Source: Selaginella moellendorffii (lineage: Eukaryota; Plantae; Lycopodiophyta). From it: 64,000 bases of DNA. Location of the stretch: the NCBI RefSeq assembly GCF_000143415.4, contig NW_003314356.1, positions 372,001 through 436,000 on the forward strand. Reading direction: 5' to 3'. Within the stretch, counting starts at the first letter, position 1. Each line of letters starts with the position of its first letter. The position numbers and the translations under genes were made by a program. The notes beneath the pieces are model-generated. The model had not been told where the DNA came from and did no database searches. It was given only the letters and a program-made list of their open reading frames with translations. Positions 14,119 through 24,826 of the stretch are shown here, one piece after another.

Positions 14119-17100
14119 ATGCGGGAAATACCTCCTGAGGTAAAAGCTCGACAGGAAGACGAGCAAAAAGTGCATTCGAAGAAGAGAGACGCGTTGAGAG
14201 AAGTTGAAGCTATCAAGCTCCGAGAGAGAAGGCAACTCGAGGAAGAGGAAGCCGAAGAGCAGGACAGGATAACTCAAGAACAAGCTCGGCTTGACCAAGA
14301 GCTAGCTCGGGGAAGAACTGAAACCGGAATTCTGGTGGGGCAAACCCTAAAGAATATTCAGGATTCCAGAGAGGACCGGTATACGAAAGGTACGAGCACA
14401 ATAGTGAAGAAAGGGAGCCCACCAGAAGGAGGAGCTTCGTAGATCGATTTAAAGATTCATCTCCGGGGAGGATACTCAGCTCAGTTAGAAGTATCTTCGG
14501 GAGGAAGGACAAAGAGGCTGTCATTGATGACGCCAAAGACGAAGGGGAGGATCGCGAAAAAAGAAGTGACGACACTGACAGAAGTCAGAAGAAACTTGAC
14601 TTCAATCAGTACTTCCACGCATTAGGGAATCAACAGGTAGTACAACCCATTTTGGTTTCAATGGCAGGAACGTCCAACCCCGTCATCATGAAGAAGGCTC
14701 TTCCTCCTACCTTTCATGGAATGGAGAATGAAGACTACGAGCAGCACTTGAAGCAGTTCAACGCGGCATGTGCACTCAACAATGAGATAACGGATGTCGA
14801 GAAGATTGCACTGTTTCCTTTCACTTTGAAGGGAGATGCAGCAGAATGGTTCTATGACCGGAACGCTACCTACGCCACCTTTGCTGCACTGTCTGACGAC
14901 TTCAAAGGATACTACAAGAAGAAGTACGAGTGCCATGATCCAGTGGTGAGATTGCAAGAGATCTACCAAGGGGATACGGAGTTGGCAGAAGACTACGCCA
15001 GAAGGTTTAACAAATTCTATGGCCGGTGTGATGCCACCACTGTTCCGAATGTTTTAGCTATGAACTGGTTTCTCAACGGACTTCGGTCTGAGATGCAGAC
15101 TCCAGCACGGCTAGAGGCACCCACCACATTGGACACTGCTCGTGCGGCTGCAGAGAAAGTCGACAAGATACTGCACAAAACAAGCAATGCACTCAGAAGG
15201 GAGCTTCATACGAAAGGTGGTGTCGATCGGTCAGCTGACTTGGTCAAGAAAATGGAGTGACAACTGAAAGATTTGGATATTTGACAGCCCAGAAGAAAGG
15301 ATATATTCTGCTCCATCTGTAAGAATGAAGGTCACAATGCAAATGAGTGCAAAATCCCCAGATGTCAGATATGCAATCAAACAGGACATGGAGCAAGGAG
15401 CTGTCGATACTACGTAAGACCCGAACCAGCAGCTGCACAAGTGGAACCGAGCGATTACTGGCCGCAACAAGGTCAGCGGCAACAACCGTTCCCAAAAGAT
15501 TACCCACGCATGGCGAACCATCTGAGGCAACGTCAATGGTTCGAGCGACAACAACAACATCAGTTCGAACAGTGCCCTCAGCAACCTCAGTGACAGCAGA
15601 ACCAAGATCATCAACAACTTTGACTTCCAGCCCCACATCAACCCAAGCTCCTACCAGGACCAGGTTCGACTGCCCACATCACGTGCTACCGGTGTGGACA
15701 GAAAGGACACTACACCACCACTTGCCCAAATGAGCAACAAAACAAAGGTAAAGCACCTCAACCTGCGGCGCGAGTGGTGGAAGTCCAGTCTGACATTGAG
15801 AGCAAGGATGGGATCGAGGTCGAGGCATATGTGGTCACGCATGCTCGAAAACGACAAGCCGTGGATGAGGATCGAGATTGGGAGAAAGAGAAGGCTACCG
15901 TTCGTAAGGTATCTCGTGAATTGAGGAATCTGCAGGAAAAGGTCGTACAGCGATTGTCCCCGAAGAAGTCGGACACACTGATTATGATCAAAGATGAACC
16001 AATGACCAGTGATTCACAATTGGAGGAATCGCGACAGCAAGGCGATCCTCCGAACGAAGAACTGGGCGAAAGACTGGTGGAACTCATCATGGAGAGACCC
16101 GTCACACTCACTGTTGGAGAATTGATCACAGTAGCACCCTACCTATGTGATCATCTGTACAACACGCCAGGTCGGCAAGTTAGACGATTGGCGGAGTTGG
16201 AAGTTCACAAGGTTGAGGTTGAACTGGATTGGGACAAGGAGTTACCCAGCATCACCCTCAACATCGGGAGGAACGAGATCCGCAATGTTCCAATTGACGG
16301 CGGATCAGGCGTAAACATTTTCACGGAAGAGGGCGTACTTGGGACTAGTAGATCCAGCACCCTTTTTGGTCCGAATGGCGGATCAAAGTAAGGTACATCC
16401 AACAGGGATTCTCCGAGGGGTACAACTGAAGGTTGGAGGTTTCCACTATTCAACCAACCTAATTGTGTTGAGGATGAATAGCATGAAACGCCCATACCAA
16501 ATACTCCTCGGACGACCTTGGTTACGTCAGGCACGAGTCCTACATGACTGGGAAGTGAATGCTTTAATTCAAAAGAATGATCAGCGGTTATTGATATCCT
16601 TGAATCTGAAAACGCGACTACCAAAATCAAGTACCCCGCGTGACATTGAGGATTACGACTGGCAGTCTGGATTGAGTGACGAGGATGAGGACGCTCTGTT
16701 AAAATGTAATCCCGATCTTGTGCAGATTGCAGAAGCGGATCTGTACCAGATGACGGTGGATTCCACGGATGCCATGAAGAACTTGGGTCTCACAGAGAAG
16801 TTCGTGAAACCAAGTGCGAAGAATGTGCGAGAAGAATCAGTGGAAAAACTGATTGAGCAACGGGACGAGACATTGGCGATGCATACAAACGAAGAGTTGG
16901 AGGAAATCGATTTGACCAATCCCTCGGAAGAGCCCAAGAAACTAAAGATCGCCAAAGTTCTACCAAGAGGATTTAAGGAGCAAGCGTACTGACTACTACG
17001 ATAGTACAAGGATGTTTTTGCATGGAACTATGGCGACCTCAAGGGAGTTCCACCAGAGCTCTGTACACATTGGATCAAACTTCTTCCAACCAGCACACCC

Positions 17101-19200
17101 AAACGTCAAGCACCATACCGAATGAATCCCAGTTTTATGACAAAGGTAAAAGAGGAGGTCGACAAGCTTCTTCAAGTTGGGTTCATCTACCCAATTGAAA
17201 ATGCACAATGGCTGTCACCCATTGTCGTCGTACCGAAAAAGAATGGCAAGCTGCGCATCTGCATCAACTACAAGAAGCTGAATGACAACACGGTGAAGGA
17301 CTTCCACCCAATCCCTTTTACAGAGGAGATTCTCGACTCTGTTGCTGGACATGAGATGTACAGCTTCTTGGATGGATTCTCCAGGTACAAACAGGTCTTG
17401 GTTGCACTAGAGGATCAACACAAGACAGCTTTCATTAGTCCATGGGGAGCATATGCCTACCGAGTTATGCCATTTGGTTTGTGCAACGCACCGTTCATAT
17501 TCCAACGTTTAGTCTCGGAAACCTTCCGCGAATATCTTAGTACATTCATGAAGGTCTTCCTAGACGACTTCAGCATATACGGTAAACAACAGGAACACCT
17601 GGAGCATCTTGGCAAGTGTTTTGAGAGATGCCAACAACATCACATCGCTCTCAACCCGGAGAAGTGCACTTTCTTTGTCAAGTCCGGAGTATTACTAGGA
17701 CATGTCATCTGCAAAGACAACATCCTCATCAACAACGACAAAGTTAAGGTAATCCAGACTTTGGAGCCTCTAACCAACATTGGAGAACTCTGACGGTTCC
17801 TTGGAAAGTTTGGTTATCATTGCAGGTTCATCAAAGGGTATGCTACGATAGCAAAACCGCTCACAGAACTACTCAAGAAGGATAACCCGTATGACTGGAC
17901 GGACAAGTGTCAGCAGAGTTTCCAGTTCCTGAAGACTGCCCTCACCAAAGCACCAATTCTCACGGTACCCAAGTGGAACCACGAGTTCAACGTTCTCATA
18001 GACGCATCTCACATTGCAATTGGATGCGTACTCACACAGGCTCAAGATGACAGCAAGGACTGACCAATCTACTATGCCAACAAGAGGTTGGCACTAGTGG
18101 AGTCCAACTACACGACCACCAAGAAGAAGTGTCTTGGAATGGTATATGCCGTCAAGAAGTTCTGCGACTATTTGTTGGCCAACCATGTTAAGTTCGTAGT
18201 CGATCACTAGGCACTACTCCATCTTCTCAACAAGCCGAATCCAACTGGAAGGTTGGCACGGTGGTTCTTACTCCTACAAGAATTCGACTTCGAGATCATC
18301 CATCGACCAGGACGATTGAATGAGCAAGCGGATCATCTCAGCAGGATTACTACGGGAGAACCACCAACAGGAATACCTGACAAGTTTCCGGATGCCTCAT
18401 TGTTTCAGGTTCAGGTATACAAGCTGGATCCTGAAGACTTGATCTTCGACGTCCACTACTATCTCAAGACTGAGCAGATGCCCAACCACATTCAAAGACG
18501 GGATGAGCGTGATTCCTTCCTACTTAAGTCTCGACCTTACTCTATTGTTGGAAGAGCGCTCTATCGCCAAGGAAACGACATGGTCCTACGCCTGTACGTT
18601 TCACCCGAGGAAACGCACTTCATCATCGAGGAAGCACACGAAGGATCACATGGAGGACACTTTGTTCAAACAACCAGACAAAATATTTTACAAGCCGGAC
18701 TATGGTGGCCATCTTTGTTCAAAGATGTCACCAAATATTGTCGTCAGTGCGACATTTGTACGAGATATGTTGCAGCGCCTGCACAACAGGCTCGACCTTT
18801 CCAACCCACGATGCCATTGGAGCCGTTTATGAAGTGGGGCATGGATTTCATGGGACCCATCAACTCTCCAAGCAGTCGCCGCAATTCTGGTCATCACCGA
18901 CTACGTTACCAAGTGGGCCGAAGCTGTTGCATTACCTGACTGTAAGGCACAACGAGTGAGAAGGCATGGCATGATCGTGCGATGCGCAGTCATCAACGTG
19001 ATCCTATCTGTGTTGGTGACTGGGTATATCATTACCAGGGTAAGATCAAACCTATTGGTCATAAGTTTGTGCCCAAGTGGAAAGGTCCGTATGTTGTGCG
19101 TGAGGTTAACCTCAATGGCAATGTACTACTTGAGGAACTGAACGATCCTGATGCTCAACATAGCACCAACATCAACAAGCTGACCAAGCTGCGACATAAC
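14119..19200 (+). pseudogene. Element A gag-pol: gag, 3 CCHC knuckles, PR (IDGGSGVN), RT (FLDDF), RNase H, integrase with core deletion at ~18950
   Basis: ORF fragments 14652-15260, 15774-16391, 16339-16992, 17122-17793, 18253-18939 and 18982+. Most stops are TGA, consistent with CGA>TGA mutation. GPY motif KWKGPYVV. Confidence 0.9.
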
Positions 19201-22200
19201 CCTCTGCTCTTACTGCCTAAGACGGACAGTCAGGTAAGTCTGGGAGAGCCTCTACCAGCGATAGATGAAGAGGAGTCCGAGTTGGAAAAGGAGCAAGAGG
19301 AGGAAGAAGCCGAAGTAGAACCCTGGCATACGGAAGTACACTGGGAGGAATCAAGCAATGAAGACACTGGCGAAATGGAAGTTAAGATGAAACTGCGGGA
19401 TACGTACGGAAAACCAGAAAAGGAGTTCGATTGGCATTGGATCATGAGGACACTGCTGCACAAGTATGCACAACATCAAGTCAACATCAATCAGGAGATC
19501 ATGGAGTATGTGATCAGAGGATTCAACGTGGAGCAAAGGATGTTGTGTTTTGAAGGAAGAGAAACACCGGTGACCGAAGCGAAAATTTGAAAGGCGTTCG
19601 GCATTCCTCAGGTAGGAGGAGAAGTTCATCCTACATGAGAAATTCCAACTGACACCAAGTGGTTGGAACCATATTTATGGACGAAGAATCTGGGGAATAC
19701 AACCTGTTTGTCCTACGGCAAGAAGGTGTTGGCACCTGGATTCTGAAGATGGATAGTCACACTAGCACACGTGTTGGATTATGAGGATGGACTACAAGGA
19801 GTTAGACTGGAAGTGATGTGGATCTTTCACCACTTCCACAACGAATATCCTATTGATTGGGCGAGCATACTTTTAAAGCAGATGGTTAATACAGTGCAGC
19901 GGGCGCAAGAAGCGAGAGATATCGGGGGACGCATCCCGATCCAATCACAGTGGGGACACCTACTCTACACTATTATTACAATGGAGCCCAAATTAAGATG
20001 ATTAATTTCGCTGCATGGTGGCCGAGATATTAAGTCCCAATTATTTTCCTGTGGGCAACCAAAGTGGGACCTCAACCGTTGGCATGTGGAAGCAATGGTC
20101 AGGATGAATCGTCGTTTACGGGAGGAAAAGCCAAAAGAAGTTCCGACGGAGGAAAACGCAATTAGGGTTTCTAAGTTGGAGCCGACAGTTGCATTTTTGA
20201 CAGTGTTCACCATCAAAGAAAACGCAACCAGGATGATGGCAATCACAAGTTCTTCTCTCCTACCTCTGAAGGCGAAGAAGGCAAGGTGCGAGGGGAAGAA
20301 CACTGACAGTGCCTGGTTCAACGACTGCAAACTGGGAGGTAACTTCAAATTGCTCAGAGAAGGGTTGATCGGACCATCTCCGGAGGAAGAGCGGTTTTAC
20401 TTGCAGATAATGATGGCGATGGATCCAAGCAGGGGAACCATCTGGCTCTACGGTAAAGAGATCCTGTTGAATAACAAGTTCTTCAGCAAGGTGTTCGAGT
20501 TCCCCAACAAGGTGTATGAGATGGAGGAGCCGCTGTCGAAGATCTACAACGAGTATAGGCCATACCTGAAGGAGGGGACGACCTGGGAGGAACATCTTGC
20601 AAGGAGAGCGAAGACCAGGGGGCTGCAGCTATCTGAGTTCTGCGCCGAGGTGGTAGCAGTACTTCGCCCTCTTAGCGTGATCATGGGGTGCAGGAACAAC
20701 CCGAAGAGCGTCCCCGTCAATGTGCTGTGGGTGTTCATCGCAGCGGATCGGAATTGGTTCATGAACTGGGCTATGATTTTTTGGGGGTCATTTTTCTGAG
20801 TAGTTGAGACGGCAAGGAAGTTGATGATGAAGAAAAATGGTGGCGACACCATCCTCTACCCATTTCTGGCTCACATGTCTACATTCCTTGATCTGAGGGT
20901 TGGGGACTACTACAAGTTTCGGCCCTACGGAATGCTGACTGACATCCCGGATCATCGGACAACTATGGCGTTCCTCAAGCATGTGGAGACGGAGGAGGAT
21001 GGCCTGTTCCAACTTTAAAGGCGGGGGAACCCACAGACCGAGTGGTCATGGGGATTGAAGAGGAAGAGACGGATGCAGGTGAAGAAGATGGACCAGCGGC
21101 AGGATCGGGATGGGGTGGACTGTACATCGACACCTCGTCCAAGGAGGGAGTTCAGCTCTACTTCGACGAGACATCCGGTTCTGCGACCGGATACCCCTCC
21201 GCCAGCTGTGCGTCCGATTCCACATCAGATCATCCAGATCATTATGACACGTAAGCAGCAGCAGGCCCTAAACGGTAACCCATCAACGCCAACTCCAAGA
21301 ACGGTGTTGATGGACTGGGATTGCCCACGTCAGCAAGTAAATCAAGAAAGGCAACTCCCTATAAGTGCCCAAGCAGTTCACAGGGTGAGGATGGGAAAAG
21401 CACCAGCGGAGCCGAGGGCCAAGAAAGCGGGTGGCCGAGGAGCAGGCGGTTCAGCAGCAGGTGACTGCCCGCTACACCCCGAGGAGCTCACATCAAGGTA
21501 ATACCAGTCCACCCCGCTTCTGCAAACTCCCCAACTCCCCTACAGAGTTCTGCACCACCTTTTGAGATACCGGTAGTCGGAGCCACAGAGGTGATGGATA
21601 TGGAGCAAGAGCACCACCAGGAAGGACGGGAGGAGGAAGTTCCAGCAGACCCGTGGGGTGGGTTTGCTCAAGAACCGGAACTGGAGCCTGCCCAAGTATT
21701 GCTCCATCCAACCGACCCAACCGACCCAAATGCCGAAGAGGAGATGGGACGACATCAGGTGTTGGAGTGTGTACCACTGGCACCACTGCCGGAGAACAGA
21801 CAGCAGGAGGCTGTACCCGACGTGCGACCCATGGAGGTGGAGCGCCCATCGAGTCGGCAGGATGAGACGCGCAAGCGAGCACATTCCCCACCCCACAACG
21901 GCAAGGGTGAACACCGCGAACACCACGGTGATGGCTGAGAGGAACCACACCAAGAAGCTCGACCTTCTCATTGCCAACAGTACAAGGACACAGCGCAGAT
22001 CTTACTGACGCTGGCCCACGAAGAGGAGATCGGCCAGAAGTTGGAAGGAAGACTCTGTACGATGGAGGAGAAAGTGTCCAGTTCGAGGGGCATCTGATTG
22101 GAGTACAGAAGTTCATCGAAGAACACCACAAACTGCTCCTCACAGCCATCACCAATCTGTTGGAGTGCCTTCCTACCACCACGGATCTGCCTGAAGACGA

Positions 22201-22360
22201 GTGCAAGGAAGTGCGCCAACTCTGAGAGACCAATGCACAGTATGAGCAGTTTTTCAGCAACATGCCACGCCCTCCTGTTTGCACCAAGGGACACTGAGAG
22301 GGGGAATTCACCTGGTACAAGCTCACTTCTATCAGGTTTATCAAGTTCCTTTCTGCTCAA
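19200..22360 (+). pseudogene. Element A extra 3' coding region: two similar putative 'plant transposon protein'-like domains, an acidic/Pro-rich linker and a probable coiled coil
   Basis: ORF pieces at 18982, 19771, 20086 and 20821 are all in one frame with the integrase tail, separated only by TGA stops. Parallel motifs (..F.G.E..VT...I..AFG.P / ..LYGKEI.L....FSKVFEFP and IDWASIL / MNWAMIF). The domain name is an inference. Confidence 0.6.
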
Positions 22361-22497
22361 ACCTAAGAGAAATAAAGAAAACTATTTACATGAGAAAATT
22401 GCTTCATATAAAAATGAACAAAAAGTACAAAAGGAAGGCACATCGATCAAGCAATCGACACACTTCGAGGACAAAGTGTCATTTAAGTCTGGGAGCG

Positions 22498-23260
22498 TGA
22501 TAAAGGAAAATGTTGGATGGAAGGAATATTCGGCAGCACAAATTCAAACATCAAAATGCCACAAGTCCCAACCAGTTGGACTCAAAGTCCAACTGCCCAA
22601 GTTCCAACCCAACGACTCCAACTTCAGTTTCTCAGCAATCTCGGTTTGACACTCTACAGCAGCAACTCTACAACAGACTCAAACACCGGACGGGTACAAA
22701 TGACCCGGAAGCAGTTACCAGGAGCGGTTGCCAGATGACGACATCTGTACTGCAGACACAAACCCGAAAGGACCATGGCAACAAGCACGGATACGGTTGC
22801 CAAGGACTTAGTATAAATAGGCTAGCTGTGAGAGTGAGAATTTTATCCCATCTCTACTCTGCACAAAGGAAAGCTCTGTAAAACTTTTCTTCATCAACTG
22901 CTTGTGAGATTTGACTTCCTACTCTGTGTTCTGGGATCGACACCATTTAGTTTTCACTCAGTTTTACTTTCTGTTGTACCAATGCATTCACTTGTTCTGG
23001 GTTTTTGTTGATTCTGTGGCCTGTGCCATCCTTGCCCACCTTCAGTTCTGTTGACGACCAAGTTCTTAGTGCGGATTGAGGAGTTGTATGACCGGCCAAC
23101 CGTATAGCCTCTCTTTCTATCCTCGTCGGACTTGTAATCCAACTGGCGACCAAATACTCAACTGAGCCAACCATTTCGCAATTTCACCATTCCAACCCCT
23201 TTTCCCTTTTCCCCTTTGTTTCCTTCTTTACTCCATAAAACCCGTTTTTCCATGATAACA
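22498..23260 (+). repeat. Element A second LTR, followed by a PBS and ~50 bp of leader
   Basis: Direct repeat of 13045-13815. Similarity continues through the PBS to CATGCATGC (13887/23332). Confidence 0.9.
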
Positions 23261-23332
23261 CATGGCGACCACAGTGGGATGGTTGTCACAGAATTTACAT
23301 TTTCTTTTTTTAGTTTTCTCTTTCATGCATGC

Positions 23333-23667
23333 AGGTGTTGGGTGATGAGCTAACCACTGGGAAGTCCAAAACTAGAGTGAACATGGACAGACAAGTGGGG
23401 TAACTTGGTGAAATGTTTAAGAGCCAACTCTAGTTCCCCTGGGAGATCAAATGGTCGATGCTCCCAGTCCAAGTGTGGGTGGCACTACCTACTTAGATAC
23501 CTGGCGTGGCTCAACAGAACCTCGCTCTAAGCCTATGGATAGAGCACCCAAAGGCACCAAAGCAATCCTTTGGTGTTGTGACCAAGGATATGGTTATATG
23601 GTGAGGAAATCCTAAAGGACCGTGGGACTTAGTGATCGGGCCTATGGGCCTTGATCCAGTGGCAGTG
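23333..23667 (+). repeat. Middle part of the split E-type LTR
   Basis: Matches ~43190-43607 of the solo E LTR. Confidence 0.85.
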
Positions 23668-24826
23668 TGTAAGGAACCAACTCGCCGAAGTGTCATAGGC
23701 TAAAGGAGCCTTGAAAGCTTGACCAAAATGATAAAGAGTTCATCGGATGAGACCAAGTCTAAGATTGAGTCCAAGACCGACTCTAAGACCAAGATCGAGA
23801 TAGAGTCCAGAATCGAGTCCGAGACCGACTCGGAGACCAAGTTCGAGTCCGAGTTCGAGACCGAGCTCGAGACGGAGTTCAAGATCCGAAATCGAGTCCG
23901 AGACCGAGTCCGAGGTCGAGTCCGAGGTCGGGTCCGAGATCGGGTCCGAGATCGAGTCCGAGATCGAGTCCGAGACCGAATCCGAAGTCGGATCTGAGAT
24001 CAAGTCCGAGATCGAGCCAGAGACTAAGTCTGAGTACTAATACGGGTCAAGGGGTGAAAGCCCAAAGCGTGCGTCTCTTAGGGGGGGGGGGCTGTAGGGG
24101 GTTCCAAAAGTATAGTAGGGATAGTGAGGTCCAGGAACCAGTCTTGAAGGAACTCTCCAGTGGGGCTTCCAAACCGACTTGAGGTTGAGACTGGGGCCGA
24201 GGGGCCTTGGGTGGGAGTGAGCATGGGCTTGAGTGGTGCCGGAGGGGCCACCCAGGGAAGTGCTCAAGAGCAGCTCCCACTCCTGAAAGGGAAACCGACT
24301 GCGGTGCTCCTGGCTCATGTGGAGTGGTGCCCCACTTGAGTACCTTGTGGCTCATTGGTCCTCGCCCTTCCTAGGGGCTTGGGCCTTCCCTTCGGGATTC
24401 AAGTGGGGGGGTAGAGGTACCCATACCGGGCCGTTAGGCCACGGTGTTTCGCCCCGACGTCCCGAAGCAAGTGCTGCACCCAAGGCTTGGGATTTAGAGG
24501 GTCCCATGATCAAGTCTTGTGGTACCAAGGGGTGTTAGGAATCTGGAGGCTTGGTGTGCTTGGCTGCTTGTGCCTGCAGGGAGTGTAGCCGAACCTTAAG
24601 TTCAGTCTAACCCGGGGAGGGGGATTGGGAGTGATTTGGGAATCCGTGGATGGATAGCTAACACTCCGTCGCTCATGCAGTGAGTAGCTGAAAGCAAGTA
24701 GGACCAAGTAGGAGCTGGTACCATAGGCGAGAACCTTGGCGAGGGAACTTAGCACAAGCCAAGGCAGTGTTGGTTGGATAGAAGAGGTAAGCTGGCAAAT
24801 TGGAAAGGAAAAATTTGTGGCTTACA
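23668..24826 (+). repeat. Family-C chromovirus 5' LTR (1159 bp) with GAGTCC/GAGATC hexamer array
   Basis: TGTAAGG...GCTTACA followed by the iMet PBS TGGTATCGGAGC (24830-24841). Preceded by TSD CAGTG. Confidence 0.92.

Larger units (their letters stand above)
13045..23332 (+). mobile_element. Element A: non-chromovirus Ty3/gypsy (Athila/Tat/Phygy-like) retrotransposon
   Basis: Direct repeats at 13045-13815 and 22498-23260, each followed by a tRNA-Arg PBS. Interior is gag-PR-RT-RH-INT plus extra ORF. Pre-LTR motif GAGGACAAAGTGTCATTTAAGTCTGGGAG. No chromodomain. Confidence 0.9.
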
